A stretch of DNA of 64,000 nucleotides from an uncultured Gammaproteobacteria bacterium (GCA_963764725.1 CAVXTM010000011.1:96001-160000); one strand, 5' to 3'; counted from the stretch's first letter, positions 1 to 13,046 are shown. The notes: a model not told the origin generated them from the sequence alone. Numbers and translations: made by a program.

Positions 1-247
1 AGGAGGCCAAAACCAAGGCGGACCACGAGGCCCTGGCGGTCTACTATGATCGGGAAGCCAGGCACTGCGTGAAAAGGCCCAGTATTACCAGCGGATGGCC
101 GATCAAAGTAGGTATCGGGGTAGTGCTTACAGGATAGTTTACGCGCCCCGCTATGACGCCCTCGCGCAGAAGTATCAAGCAGCCGAGGAAGAGAACCTGA
201 AGCAAGCGAAACTGCACCGCGAACTTGCCTCAGAAGCAAGGCAATGA
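1..247 (+). CDS. 3' part of a small helical hypothetical protein (runs off the window; apparent frameshift near nt 60)
   Basis: Reads EAKTKADHEALAVYYDREA, then after a frame change QALREKAQYYQRMADQ...QKYQAAEEENLKQAKLHRELASEARQ*; not in the ORF track. Confidence 0.5.
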
Positions 248-406
248 GCAATTTGGATATACCTGGGCAACGATAAGATACACGATTGCCATACGCGATG
301 GTTGTAAGGGAGGCCGAGCTGCGGTATGTGGATCATCCAGGGAACCAGGTCAGCGTGAAAATGCGCAGGCGTATACGCTTTTTTAGAGTAGAGGCGAGAG
401 ATACCC

Positions 407-1298
407 ATGGGGCATAACTATGCTCACACCCCTGCCGGCAAGAATAAACGCCGGCTCACCATCGTCTTCGGGCTGACGACTCTGTACTTAGTTGTTGAGG
501 TTATCGGCGGACTGCTCACGGGCAGTCTCGCGCTCTTGGCCGACGCCGGGCACATGCTGACCGACGTGGGCGGCCTCGGGCTGGCCTTGCTCGCTATCCG
601 GTTCGCCGAGCGCCCGGCGACGCCCGAGCGCACCTACGGCTTTTACCGAGTCGAGATCCTCGCCTCGCTCGCGAATGCGGTCGTGCTGGTCGGCATCTCG
701 TTCTACATCCTCTACGAAGCTTACGAACGATTCCGCGACCCGCCGAAGGTCCAGAGCGGAACGATGTTGCTCGTCGCCTTCGTCGGTCTCATTGTAAATA
801 TTATCGGCATTTACCTCTTGCGCGCGGCATCGGAGGAGAGCCTGAACATGAAGGGAGCATACTTTGAAGTGCTCTCGGACATGCTCACCTCGATCGGCGT
901 CATCGTCGCCGGCGTCATCATGTGGACCACGGGCTGGTATTACGCCGACCCGCTGATCTCGGCCGGCATCGGCCTCTTTATCCTGCCGCGCACGTGGATG
1001 CTGCTGCGTGACGCGGTGGGTGTGCTGCTTGAAGGCACGCCATCCGATATCAACCTTGCGGCGTTGCGCGAGGCCATTAGCGGCATTGCTGGGGTCGCCA
1101 GTGTCCACGACTTGCACGTATGGTCTCTGACGTCCGGAGATAAATGCGATGAGCGCGCATGCGGTCCTTGCCGACGGGGCGTCCCACGATGAGGTGCTAG
1201 CCGCCGTGCGACAGCGCGTCACCACAGACTTTAAGATCGCGCACGCCACCCTGCAGGTTGAGAGGAAGGAGTGCGCCGCACACGAGGTCCATTTATGA
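407..1298 (+). CDS. czcD: CDF family Zn/Co/Cd efflux transporter (frameshift near 1139)
   Basis: SLALLADAGHMLTD, TYGFYRVEILASLAN and VHDLHVWSLTSG motifs; the C-terminus (INAMSAHAVL...IAHATLQVE...VHL*) continues in the next frame to TGA at 1296-1298. Confidence 0.9.
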
Positions 1299-1322
1299 AA
1301 CGCCCTGATAGATTAGGCACTG

Positions 1323-1985
1323 ATGAGTACCACGAGCACTGAATCCGCAATATCGATTCGCCGTGAGCACCTGCACCGACGTGGTGTCCGTCTCGAATGG
1401 TTCACCGTTTCGTGGAATGTGATTGAGGCGATCGTTGCCATCGGCGCCGGCCTCATTGCCGGCAGCACCGCATTAATCGCGTTTGGCGTTGACAGCTTGA
1501 TTGAGGTGATCTCCGCTGTCGTTCTGCTGTGGCGGTTGCTGCAGACAGGCCCGAATGCAACCATAGAGGAGCACGGCTACGCTGAGCGGCGTGCGCTCTA
1601 CCTTGTGTCGGCGACGTTCTTCCTGCTCGCTGTTTTTGTGACCTTTGAAAGTATCGGTGCACTGGTGACACGGGAAGCGCCGGATAGCTCAACAGTAGGA
1701 CTTGTACTCTCTGTTCTATCTCTCATCATTATGCCTGTGCTTGCTTATACCAAGCAGCAGACCGGCCGCGAGTTGGGCAGCAAGGCGTTGCAGGCCGATG
1801 CGGTCGAGACATGGGTGTGCTCTTACCTGTCCTTCACGCTGCTCGCCGGCGTGGGATTGAACTTCGCTTTCGGGTGGTGGTGGGCTGATGCGGTCGGCGC
1901 GCTCATGATGCTGCCCGTGATCCTCTGGCAAGGCTGGGAGACATTCGAGGAAGCGCGTGAAGCGGGCGAAGAGCCTGATGGCTAA
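1323..1985 (+). CDS. cation efflux (CDF-like) membrane transporter lacking the cytoplasmic C-terminal domain
   Basis: About 6 TM segments; WNVIEA...STALIAFGVDSLIE and SKALQADAVET motifs. Confidence 0.8.
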   Translation: MSTTSTESAISIRREHLHRRGVRLEWFTVSWNVIEAIVAIGAGLIAGSTALIAFGVDSLIEVISAVVLLWRLLQTGPNATIEEHGYAERRALYLVSATFFLLAVFVTFESIGALVTREAPDSSTVGLVLSVLSLIIMPVLAYTKQQTGRELGSKALQADAVETWVCSYLSFTLLAGVGLNFAFGWWWADAVGALMMLPVILWQGWETFEEAREAGEEPDG

Positions 1986-2186
1986 TCACAACGAACGCCG
2001 ATCCGCAGATGATCCTCAGCTTGGTTCTGCCGTCTCTGAGATGTTGGCCTGGAGCCGACGCCCCAACGTCGGCAACTAGCGAGACCGAACGTCGCGACGT
2101 GCACTTGTAACAACGTGGCTTGTTGGCGCGGCCGTCACCCTTGATGGCATGACGATTATCTTCTTCGCTCCGCGCAGCGCATGAGA

Positions 2187-2600
2187 CTACTCGCTCCGAT
2201 TTTCGAGCGATGCGATAAGCGGGCACCTGACCTGCCTCCGAGTCGCGCCACACCGCTTTACCAGCGATGCTAAAACGGTTTCGATCCGCAGTAGATCGGC
2301 GAGTTTGCCTCGCACATCCGCCAGCTTCTTTTCTCCTAGCTCCCTCGCCTCGTTACAGTGCGTGCCGTCATCGAGCAATAGCAAGCCCCCGATTTCATCC
2401 AGGCTGAAACCAAGCCGCTGCGCGGACTTCACGAACCGCACCCGTGCAACGTCCGGGACTCCGTACCGCCGAATGCTCCCGTAGGGCTTGTCAGGTTCCG
2501 ACAGCAGCCCCTTGCGCTGATAGAAGCGGATGGTCTCGACGTTGACCCCGGCCACCCTGGCGAAGGTACCTATGGTGAGGTTCTGAGAATTCTCTTTCAC
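2187..2600 (-). CDS. merR: Hg(II)-responsive transcriptional regulator MerR
   Basis: GTG start at 2600: [32 protein letters not shown]; three Hg-binding Cys (THC, RCG, RCPLI); divergent from merT. Confidence 0.95.
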   Translation of the reverse strand: MKENSQNLTIGTFARVAGVNVETIRFYQRKGLLSEPDKPYGSIRRYGVPDVARVRFVKSAQRLGFSLDEIGGLLLLDDGTHCNEARELGEKKLADVRGKLADLLRIETVLASLVKRCGATRRQVRCPLIASLENRSE

Positions 2601-2604
2601 GCCC

Positions 2605-2635
2605 TTGACTCCGTACCTGACTACGGGAGTAATTA
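2605..2635 (+). promoter_or_regulatory. mer operator/promoter (PmerT)
   Basis: TTGACT, 19-bp spacer containing the CCGTAC/TACGG dyad, then TAATTA; closely follows the Tn21/Tn501 merOP layout. Confidence 0.92.
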
Positions 2636-2664
2636 TATGCACTCTTCGTCTCGAAAGGAGGACC

Positions 2665-3015
2665 ATGGCTAAAGAGAACAACGGTGCCGGCGTGCTCGCC
2701 GCCGGCGGGATCGCGGCAATCCTGGCATCGGCTTGCTGCTTGGGTCCGCTCGTGCTGGTGTCGCTCGGTCTGAGCGGGGCCTGGCTCGGCAACCTGACGG
2801 CGCTGGAGCCCTTCCGCCCGGTTTTCATCGGCGCGGCGCTCATCGCCCTTTTTTTCGCCTACCGGCGCATCTTCAGACCGGCCGCCGAATGCAAGCCTGA
2901 TGAAGTCTGTGCGCGACCACAGACGAAGCGCGCCTATAAGGTCATGTTTGGGATCGTGGCCGCCCTGGTGGTGGTCGCGCTCGCCTTCCCCTACATCGCC
3001 CCACGGTTTTACTAA
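2665..3015 (+). CDS. merT: mercuric ion transporter MerT
   Basis: [22 protein letters not shown] and cytoplasmic Cys pair CKPDEVC; AGGAG RBS before ATG 2665. Confidence 0.95.
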   Translation: MAKENNGAGVLAAGGIAAILASACCLGPLVLVSLGLSGAWLGNLTALEPFRPVFIGAALIALFFAYRRIFRPAAECKPDEVCARPQTKRAYKVMFGIVAALVVVALAFPYIAPRFY

Positions 3016-3027
3016 GAGGAGATCCCG

Positions 3028-3312
3028 ATGAAAAAGCTGTTGACCGCCGCTGTAGTGTCCCTCCTGACCACATTCTGCACCTCTGCGTGGGCCGCGCCGA
3101 AGACCGTCACCCTGTCGGTTTCCGGCATGACCTGCGCGGCATGCCCCATTACCATCAAGAAGGCCCTGACCGAAGTCGATGGCGTCACCGAGGCGGAGGT
3201 GAGCTTCGACAAGAAGCAGGCCGTGGTGACCTTCGACGACGCCAAGACGGATGTGTCCATTCTCATCGAAGCCACCACGGACGCGGGGTACCCATCGCGG
3301 GTGGCTCAGTGA
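3028..3312 (+). CDS. merP: periplasmic Hg-binding protein MerP
   Basis: Signal peptide followed by HMA motif GMTCAACPIT, ending DAGYPS. Confidence 0.95.
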   Translation: MKKLLTAAVVSLLTTFCTSAWAAPKTVTLSVSGMTCAACPITIKKALTEVDGVTEAEVSFDKKQAVVTFDDAKTDVSILIEATTDAGYPSRVAQ

Positions 3313-3330
3313 GCATGCCTCCCGAGACTC

Positions 3331-5849
<2,519 letters not shown>

Positions 5850-5863
5850 AATAGGGGTCCGCT

Positions 5864-6040
5864 ATGGAAGACATTCTGAAGTTGATTGGGTTTGCGGCTG
5901 CATTCGGGTTGGTAGGGGTCGCGATGTGGCAGCTAACCTTCGCGTGGCGAGATCCGCGGGAGGAGACCGATGGCGAGAAGCGCCGACGAGAGAAGCGAGA
6001 AAAAAAAGAGGCGCCAAGCCCAAATAAGTCGAGGCGCTGA
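5864..6040 (+). CDS. 58-aa single-TM small protein with charged tail
   Basis: MEDILKLIGFAAAFGLVGVAMWQLTFAWRDPREETDGEKRRREKREKK...; starts 14 nt after the merA stop; below the ORF-track cutoff. Confidence 0.4.
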   Translation: MEDILKLIGFAAAFGLVGVAMWQLTFAWRDPREETDGEKRRREKREKKEAPSPNKSRR

Positions 6041-6064
6041 GCCGGCAGGGGGCGAAAAGGACCC

Positions 6065-6151
6065 CGGGCGGAACTCCTGCCCGCGGACAAGGTGGCGGCG
6101 ATCGAGTCGCTCCAGAAAGAGGGCCGAAAGGTTGCGACGGTCGGGGTAAAC
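6065..6151 (+). pseudogene. fragment of a P1B heavy-metal ATPase
   Basis: RAELLPADKVAAIESLQKEGRKVATVG matches the segment before the GDGINDAP hinge motif; rest of the gene is absent. Confidence 0.7.
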
Positions 6152-6370
6152 TCATCCATGTCGCCTACGGGGTATTGAAGTCCGGACAACCCTTCAACCC
6201 AGCGCTTCATGGATGTTGACATGGATAACAATATCTACATTTCTGGAGTCGGCAATTTCAGATATCTTCGGCTAGTATTTCGCCTGGGAGGTCCCCCGGC
6301 TATCCCCTCGTCTGGTCAGCAATGCATTATCCGAGGTCTTGCAAGATTGGTTCTATATCGAGCTCATATC

Positions 6371-6476
6371 GGACCGTCTGAGCACCGGCGCCACCCGGCG
6401 AAAAATTGCGCTCGACAAATCTTAGGCGGTGGTCTTGGTCCTCAATGAGGACACTGCTACAGCGTGTGCCGTAATT
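6371..6476 (+). repeat. 106-bp direct repeat, copy 1 (copy 2 at 13222-13327, inside the NRDE gene 3' end)
   Basis: Ungapped manual alignment gives 9 mismatches in 106 nt. Confidence 0.9.
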
Positions 6477-6694
6477 GGAGCCGCTGGAAGCAGTTGCACA
6501 GCACTGTGTATCTGATCGCTACCTTAGCCGCGCTGCATTTTCTGTGGCTGGTAAAGGCTGACATCCGCGAGCCCTTTATCTATGGGATCTTGCTAACCGC
6601 GTTGCTGGCGTTTAGGATCCCTCCGCACGGTCGCCGGGTGCCTGCCAAAGAGCGGTCGACCAGAGCTGAAGTAACACCGGCGAAGGTTCTCTAG
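6477..6694 (+). pseudogene. msrQ: 3' fragment of the MsrQ/YedZ haem membrane subunit
   Basis: RWKQLHSTVYLIATLAALHFLWLVKAD...PFIYGILLTALLAFR is the MsrQ C-terminus; begins directly after the repeat. Confidence 0.75.
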
Positions 6695-6706
6695 ACGAGC
6701 AGAACC

Positions 6707-7081
6707 ATGAAAACGCGTGCAATAGTTAGCAAGTTCGTGCTAATCGCCCTGATGATATCCTGGTCACCAGGCTTCGGCGGAGTCATGTATCAAGCCTGTG
6801 AGGCCGACTGCTGCGCATCTGCCGCCGACGATGCTGGATGCTCCAAGGCTGCCGGAGAGCTGTCAAGGGAGGCGAGCGCCAAATCGAAGACGAAAGATTG
6901 CAGCTGCAACGACAGCTGCGATGCCTTTTGCTCTGAGTGTTTGTATTTCCATGTTGGCGTAATCGAGGCCCCGAAACGGTTGACTTCGTCTGCATTGAGT
7001 TTCTCGGCCACCCGGCCTAATCAATCCCTGCGATACTACTTCTTCCGACACTTTCGTCCTCCTCGGATAAGCCCCACCTAG
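6707..7081 (+). CDS. exported Cys-rich small protein with C-terminal RPP motif (CutF/CruR/DUF2946-like leader)
   Basis: Signal peptide; CEADCC, CSCNDSCDAFCSEC; ends FRHFRPPRISPT; directly upstream of cusCBA. Confidence 0.6.
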   Translation: MKTRAIVSKFVLIALMISWSPGFGGVMYQACEADCCASAADDAGCSKAAGELSREASAKSKTKDCSCNDSCDAFCSECLYFHVGVIEAPKRLTSSALSFSATRPNQSLRYYFFRHFRPPRISPT

Positions 7082-7264
7082 ATCCGGTAGAGCGCGGTCG
7101 CATTGATCAATACACCGCGTCTTTGCGGCGATGAGCAAGACATCGCGTTGTCGCCCGGATCCAACTTAGACGAGCGCGACTGCAGTGGTTGCATTGCGCT
7201 AGGGAGATGATTCGGGGCAGGGATGCCCTTCCCTGATCGGTTAAGTTCTTCTTGGGAGGATCTA

Positions 7265-8554
7265 ATGTCGTACCATGACTGTTTTCGCTGCAGCCGCCCC
7301 ATCGTCTGCTCGATGATCTTGCTGATGTGCCCAGCAGCCCTGGGGCAAACTCAGGAGGTAACAAACGCGTCGCTATCCTTAGGCGAAGCCGAGCACTTGG
7401 CACTGGAACACGATCCGGTGACGAGACAGCGCGAAGCTCAGGCTCAAGCGTTTTCAGAGCGTGCGGTCGCCGACGGCCAACTGCCCGATCCACAGTTGAG
7501 CCTCGGGCTGGGTGATGTGCCTTCGAACTTTAAAGCCGACGAAGACCCCGACACCGAGTTCCAAGTGGGGCTGTCGCAAGCCTTTCCGCGCGGGCGGACG
7601 CTGCGCTACAAGAGCGAGCAGACGAACGCGATGGCGCAAGCCGAGAATGCGCGTGCCGAAGACCAGCGCCGCACGGTGCTGAAGGCGCTACGCGCGGCCT
7701 ATCTGGAGCTAAGCCACCAGACGCACGCGCTAGCAATTTTCGAGGAAAATAGAACGCTTTTCGCGCAACTGCAGGAGATCACGGAACGCCAGTACGCGGC
7801 CGGCCGCGACAACCAGCACGAGGTGCTGCGCGCGCAGCTTGAGTTTTCCCTCTTGGAAGAGCGGCTCGCCGAGGTCGCGGGCATGCGGGAGGCCGCGCGA
7901 GCAGAGCTCGCTAAGTGGATCACAACTCCCCAGGCGGAGCGCCCGCTGCCCGCCCAATACCCCGTGCTACCCGACGTTCCGGAGCCGGCGGCGCTCGTGG
8001 CCTCGCTGCGCTGCCATCCGCTCATGCAAGCCGAAAGCGCCATGGTGCAGGCGAGCATGAAGTCGCTCGCCATCGCCCGCGAGCAATACAAGCCCGGGTG
8101 GATGCTCAATCTCATGTTTGGACACCGCACCTCGGGGGGGTTTGAAGAGAATACCAGCGGGGAGCGTTTCGGCGCCATGGTCACGGTCGATCTGCCTTTG
8201 TTCCGGGAGAAGCGCCAGGACCGTACTCTCGCCTCGAGCGAGCGGGAACATGCGGCCGCTGAGTATTCGCGTGTCGATCGGCTACGCGATCTAACGCGCA
8301 TGGCGCAGGGCGAGTATGCCACCTGGAGGCAGCTCAGTAAGCGCCTCGACATCTATCGGGGCCATGCTGCAGTAGAAGCGGCCCAGAATGCCGAAGCGAC
8401 GTTCAACGCCTATCAGAACGGAGTCGCGGATTTCACCACGCTCTCGCGTGCCCGCATGATCGTGCTCGACACCCGGCTCGCACTGTTGCGGGTGCAATCC
8501 GAGCGGGCCAAGGCTCAAGCCAATCTGCTCTACCTTGCCGGAGACTGTCCGTGA
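7265..8554 (+). CDS. cusC: TolC-family outer membrane factor of a heavy-metal RND pump
   Basis: GQLPDPQL, SQAFPRG and VDLPLF motifs; stop overlaps the cusB start; exact start uncertain (7223-7314). Confidence 0.85.
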   Translation: MSYHDCFRCSRPIVCSMILLMCPAALGQTQEVTNASLSLGEAEHLALEHDPVTRQREAQAQAFSERAVADGQLPDPQLSLGLGDVPSNFKADEDPDTEFQVGLSQAFPRGRTLRYKSEQTNAMAQAENARAEDQRRTVLKALRAAYLELSHQTHALAIFEENRTLFAQLQEITERQYAAGRDNQHEVLRAQLEFSLLEERLAEVAGMREAARAELAKWITTPQAERPLPAQYPVLPDVPEPAALVASLRCHPLMQAESAMVQASMKSLAIAREQYKPGWMLNLMFGHRTSGGFEENTSGERFGAMVTVDLPLFREKRQDRTLASSEREHAAAEYSRVDRLRDLTRMAQGEYATWRQLSKRLDIYRGHAAVEAAQNAEATFNAYQNGVADFTTLSRARMIVLDTRLALLRVQSERAKAQANLLYLAGDCP

Positions 8555-9828
8555 GGATCGTGATAGCACTGTTGATTTTGATTCTGGGGATCGCCATTGG
8601 GCTCAAACTGCACCGCTGGGAGGAGGGGGGCAACAACCTCAGCAATCCAGGATCAGCCGGTCCAGCGGGTGCGAAGGCGGCAGGCGAACGCAAGATCCTG
8701 TATTGGTGGGATCCCATGATCCCGGATTTCCGGAGCGACAAGCCGGGCCTCTCTCCGATGAATATGGAGATGGTCCCAGTGTACGAGGATGAGGCGAGTG
8801 GTACGGGCGATCCGGGTATCACGATCGCCCCCGAGGTGGTCAATAACCTCGGAGTGCGCACGGCTCGAGTCGCGCGCGGGATGCTGGCGCGGCGCATCGA
8901 TACGGTCGGTTACCTCGACTACGACGAGAGCCGCCTCAATCATGTGCACGTGCGCGCCGAGGGCTGGATCCAGCGGCTTGTGGTCAAGGCCAAGGGCGAG
9001 CGGGTGGAGAAGGGACGGTTGTTGTTCGAGCTCTATTCCCCCACCCTGGTGAATGCCCAGGAGGAATATCTCCAGGCGCTCTCGATGGGAAACCAGCGGC
9101 TGATTCGCGCCTCTCGCCAGAAGCTCACGGCGCTTGGGATCTCCGAGAGCCAGGTCGCACGCCTCACGGAGAAGCGTCACGCCGATCAGGTCGTTCAGAT
9201 ATTCGCCCATCATGACCAAGGCGGTGTTGTCTCCGAGCTCATGGTGCGGGAGGGGATGTACCTCAAGCCCGACACCGAGATCATGACCTTAGTCGATCTC
9301 GGCACGGTATGGTTGCTCGCCGAGGTGTTTGAACGGCAAGCGAGCTGGGTTGAGCTCGGGCAAGCAGCCGAGGCGCGGGTCCCCTCTTTCCCGGGGCGCA
9401 CCTGGAAGGGAAAGGTGGATTATATCTATCCCGATTTGGACCCCATGACCCGTACCTTGCGGGTGCGGCTGCGCTTCGACAATCCAGAGGAGCTGTTGAA
9501 ACCGAAAATGTTCGCCCATGTGACGATCCTTGCCGAGCCGCGTCAGAATGTGTTGAGCATCCCGGCCGAGGCACTGATCCGGGATGGGGTTACGGAGCGC
9601 GTGGTGCTGGCACTGGGTCGAGGCCGATTTCAATCGCGGGAAGTGGTAGCGGGGATGGAGAGCGGTGAGCGCATCGAGGTCAAGAAGGGCTTGAGCGACG
9701 CGGATACCGTGGTGGTCTCGGCGCAGTTTCTGCTCGACTCCGAAGCGAGCCTCAAGGGCGCGTTCCGGCGCATGGAGCCACTCGCATCCAGAAGGCCGAA
9801 GGACGGGAATGGGGAGACTACGCCATGA
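8551..9828 (+). CDS. cusB: CusB-type periplasmic adaptor
   Basis: KILYWWDPM...PGLSPMNMEMVP Met-rich metal-binding domain, ELYSPTL and SAQFLLDSEA. Confidence 0.93.
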   Translation: MRIVIALLILILGIAIGLKLHRWEEGGNNLSNPGSAGPAGAKAAGERKILYWWDPMIPDFRSDKPGLSPMNMEMVPVYEDEASGTGDPGITIAPEVVNNLGVRTARVARGMLARRIDTVGYLDYDESRLNHVHVRAEGWIQRLVVKAKGERVEKGRLLFELYSPTLVNAQEEYLQALSMGNQRLIRASRQKLTALGISESQVARLTEKRHADQVVQIFAHHDQGGVVSELMVREGMYLKPDTEIMTLVDLGTVWLLAEVFERQASWVELGQAAEARVPSFPGRTWKGKVDYIYPDLDPMTRTLRVRLRFDNPEELLKPKMFAHVTILAEPRQNVLSIPAEALIRDGVTERVVLALGRGRFQSREVVAGMESGERIEVKKGLSDADTVVVSAQFLLDSEASLKGAFRRMEPLASRRPKDGNGETTP

Positions 9829-12800
9829 TCGCGCGCATCATCGCCTGGTCCATCCGCAGTCGCTTCCTGATCCTGCTGGCGGCGACGTTCCTCACCGCGG
9901 GTGGGATCTACGCAGTGAAAGAAACGCCGGTCGACGCCATCCCCGATCTCTCGGACGTGCAAGTAATCATCCGCACCGTCTATCCGGGGCAGGCGCCTCA
10001 GGTGGTGGAAGACCAGGTCACCTACCCCTTGACCACGGCCATGCTGGCGGTCCCCGGCGCGGTCACGGTACGGGGGTTCTCGAACTTTGGGGACTCCTAC
10101 GTGTACGTCCTCTTCGAGGACGGCACCGATCTCTACTGGGCCCGCTCGCGGGTGCTCGAATACTTGAGCCAGGTCGCCCCCAGGCTGCCACCAACCGCCC
10201 GCCCGGCCTTGGGACCCGATGCCACCGGGGTGGGATGGGTGTACAGCTATGCCTTAGTGGACCGCAGCGGACGCCACGATCTGGCGCAACTGCGCGCATT
10301 GCAGGACTGGTTTCTCAAATACGAGCTGCAAGCCGTGGCTGGCGTGGCCGAGGTCGCCACGGTCGGCGGCATGGTCAAGCAGTATCAGGTGGTGGTCGAT
10401 CCCGACAGGCTGCGCGCCTATGGGATCCCAATCGCCGAGCTCAAGCGCGCTATCCAGGCGGGCAATCAAGAGCAAAGCGGATCGGTGCTCGAGATGGGGG
10501 AGGCCGAGTTCGTGATCCGGGCGACCGGGTATATCAAGGGGATAGCAGAACTGAAGAGCATCCCGCTTGGGGTGAGCCCGCGCGGCACGCCGATCCTGCT
10601 CGAGGATGTGGCTGAGATCCGGATCGGGCCCGAACAGCGCCGCGGGATCGCGGAGCTCGACGGGGAAGGCGAGGTGGTGGGCGGCATCGTCGTCATGCGC
10701 TTCGGCGAGAACGCGCGCAAGACAATAGCGGCGGTAAAGGTGAAGCTCGAGGAGCTAAAGCCCGGGCTGCCTGCGGGGGTTGAGATCATCGAGACCTACG
10801 ATCGATCCGGCCTCATCGCGCGCGCGGTGCAAACGCTTTGGGATAAGCTCATCGAGGAATTCATCGTGGTGGCTTTGGTTTGCGCCGTATTCCTCTTTCA
10901 TCTGCGCTCGGCGTTGGTCGTCGTCGTCAGCCTGCCCTTGGGGATCCTCGCCGCCTTCATGGTGATGTACGCCCAGGGCATCAACGCCAACATCATGTCG
11001 CTCGGGGGCATCGCGATCGCCATCGGTGCCATGGTGGATGCTGCCATCGTGATGATAGAGAACGTCCACAAACATATGGAGCGGGCGGAAGTTACCCAAG
11101 AAAATCGCTGGCAGGTGATACTCGAGGCCAGCCGCGAGGTGGGGCCGCCGCTCTTCTTCTCACTCCTCATCATTACCTTGAGCTTCCTGCCGGTTTTTGC
11201 CCTGGAGGCGCAGGAAGGGCGACTCTTCAAGCCGCTGGCTTATACCAAGACCTACGCCATGGCGGCTTCGGCGGGGCTCGCCATCACCCTGGTACCCGTG
11301 TTGATGGGCCTATTCATCCGCGGCCGAATCCTTCCTGAGCACCGAAACCCCATCAACCGCTTGCTGATCGCCGCCTATCGGCCCTTTATCCGGGTTGCTC
11401 TGGCTTATCCCTGGACCTTGGTCGCATCGGCGATCGTGGTGACCTTGGCAGGACTTTGGCCAATCACCCAGCTCGGCACCGAGTTCATGCCGGATCTCGA
11501 TGAGGGGGATCTCATGTACATGCCGACCACCTTTCCGGCGCTCTCCGCCGGCAAGGCCCAAGAGATCTTGCAGCAGACCGACAAGCTGATCCGCACCGTA
11601 CCGGAGGTGGAGCATGTGTTCGGCAAGATCGGGCGCGCCGAGACCGCCACCGATCCGGCGCCCTTCAACATGGTGGAGACGGTGGTGAAGCTCAAACCCC
11701 CAGAGCAGTGGCGGGAGGGCATGACACCCGATGAGGTCAAAGCCGAGCTCAATCGCGCAGTACAACTGCCGGGGCTTGCCAACGTTTGGGTCATGCCCAT
11801 CAAGACCCGCATCGACATGCTGGCGACCGGCATCAAGACCCCGGTAGGCATCAAGATCGCCGGCCCCGATCTCCAGGTCATCGAGGACATCGGCCGGCAG
11901 GTCGAACAGGTGGTGAGGCAAGTGCCCGGGACGACCTCAGCCTATTCCGAGCGCGTCAAGGGCGGGCGTTACATCAAGTTGGATATCAATCGGCTGGAGG
12001 CCGCGCGCCTTGGGCTCAACATCGAGGATGTGCAGGAGGTCATCAGTACGGCGGTGGGCGGCATGAATGTCGCGCAGACGGTTGAGGGCCTCGAACGCTA
12101 CCCGATAAACCTGCGCTATCCTCGGGCGATCCGCGACTCAATGGAAAAACTGCGCCTGCTGCCGGTGGTGACTCCATCTGGAGCCCGCATTCCGCTCGGG
12201 AGCGTCGCCAAGATCAGCATCGAAGCCGGACCCGAAATGATCAAGAGCGAGAACGCGCGCCTGAACGGCTGGGTGTTCGTCGATACCCAGGGCCGAGACT
12301 TAGGCGGCTATGTCAAGGAAGCAAGAGGTCGGGTCGCGCAAGAGGTCAAACTCCCGCCCCGCTATTCCATCACCTGGTCCGGCCAATACGAATACCTCGA
12401 GCGAGCCGCGGAGCGCCTGCGCGTGGTCGTGCCCATGACACTCGTCATCATCGTGCTGCTTCTTTATCTCAACTTCCGCAACCTCACCGAGGTCGTCATC
12501 CTGATGGCCAGCTTACCGTTTGCGCTCATCGGCGGCATCTGGCTCTTGTATCTGTTGGATTACCATCTCTCGGTCGCGAGTGGGGTGGGATTCATTGCCC
12601 TGGCGGGGGTGGCGGCGGAGACCGCGGTGGTGATGCTGGTCTTCTTGGACCTGGCGTATGCGCGCCGTGAACAACAGGCGCTTGGGGAAGGGCGTAGCAT
12701 GACTCGACAGGATTTGATCGACGCCGTGGTCGAAGGTGCGCTCCTGAGGGTCCGTCCCAAGGTGATGACGGTTGCCGCCATCATCGGGGGATTGTTGCCG

Positions 12801-12998
12801 ATCATGCTCGGTGGTGGCACCGGGTCGGAGGTCATGCGTCGCATCGCCGCCCCCATGGTGGGCGGCATGGTGAGCGCCGCGGTGTTGACCCTAGTGGTGA
12901 TCCCGGCCGTTTTCCTGTTGTGGAAGCAGCACATCCTCCAGACCGCCAAGGTCGCAGGGGTAACCGCTGCCGTCGAGACGCAGGTTCCCGGCACGTAA
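9825..12998 (+). CDS. cusA: CusA/SilA heavy-metal RND permease
   Basis: DAIPDLSDVQVI, ALGPDATGVGW, MPIKTRIDMLATG and GTGSEVMRRIAAPM; 1057 aa. Confidence 0.97.
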   Translation: MIARIIAWSIRSRFLILLAATFLTAGGIYAVKETPVDAIPDLSDVQVIIRTVYPGQAPQVVEDQVTYPLTTAMLAVPGAVTVRGFSNFGDSYVYVLFEDGTDLYWARSRVLEYLSQVAPRLPPTARPALGPDATGVGWVYSYALVDRSGRHDLAQLRALQDWFLKYELQAVAGVAEVATVGGMVKQYQVVVDPDRLRAYGIPIAELKRAIQAGNQEQSGSVLEMGEAEFVIRATGYIKGIAELKSIPLGVSPRGTPILLEDVAEIRIGPEQRRGIAELDGEGEVVGGIVVMRFGENARKTIAAVKVKLEELKPGLPAGVEIIETYDRSGLIARAVQTLWDKLIEEFIVVALVCAVFLFHLRSALVVVVSLPLGILAAFMVMYAQGINANIMSLGGIAIAIGAMVDAAIVMIENVHKHMERAEVTQENRWQVILEASREVGPPLFFSLLIITLSFLPVFALEAQEGRLFKPLAYTKTYAMAASAGLAITLVPVLMGLFIRGRILPEHRNPINRLLIAAYRPFIRVALAYPWTLVASAIVVTLAGLWPITQLGTEFMPDLDEGDLMYMPTTFPALSAGKAQEILQQTDKLIRTVPEVEHVFGKIGRAETATDPAPFNMVETVVKLKPPEQWREGMTPDEVKAELNRAVQLPGLANVWVMPIKTRIDMLATGIKTPVGIKIAGPDLQVIEDIGRQVEQVVRQVPGTTSAYSERVKGGRYIKLDINRLEAARLGLNIEDVQEVISTAVGGMNVAQTVEGLERYPINLRYPRAIRDSMEKLRLLPVVTPSGARIPLGSVAKISIEAGPEMIKSENARLNGWVFVDTQGRDLGGYVKEARGRVAQEVKLPPRYSITWSGQYEYLERAAERLRVVVPMTLVIIVLLLYLNFRNLTEVVILMASLPFALIGGIWLLYLLDYHLSVASGVGFIALAGVAAETAVVMLVFLDLAYARREQQALGEGRSMTRQDLIDAVVEGALLRVRPKVMTVAAIIGGLLPIMLGGGTGSEVMRRIAAPMVGGMVSAAVLTLVVIPAVFLLWKQHILQTAKVAGVTAAVETQVPGT

Positions 12999-13046
12999 TC
13001 GCTAACCTCGGCCTCAGCAAGCATCGCGTTTATTATACGCATACCC

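Noticed and set aside
2601-2843. N-terminal extensions of merR (to 2843) and merT (from 2605) in the ORF track
   Set aside because: They overlap the mer operator and each other; family-consistent starts are 2600 and 2665.
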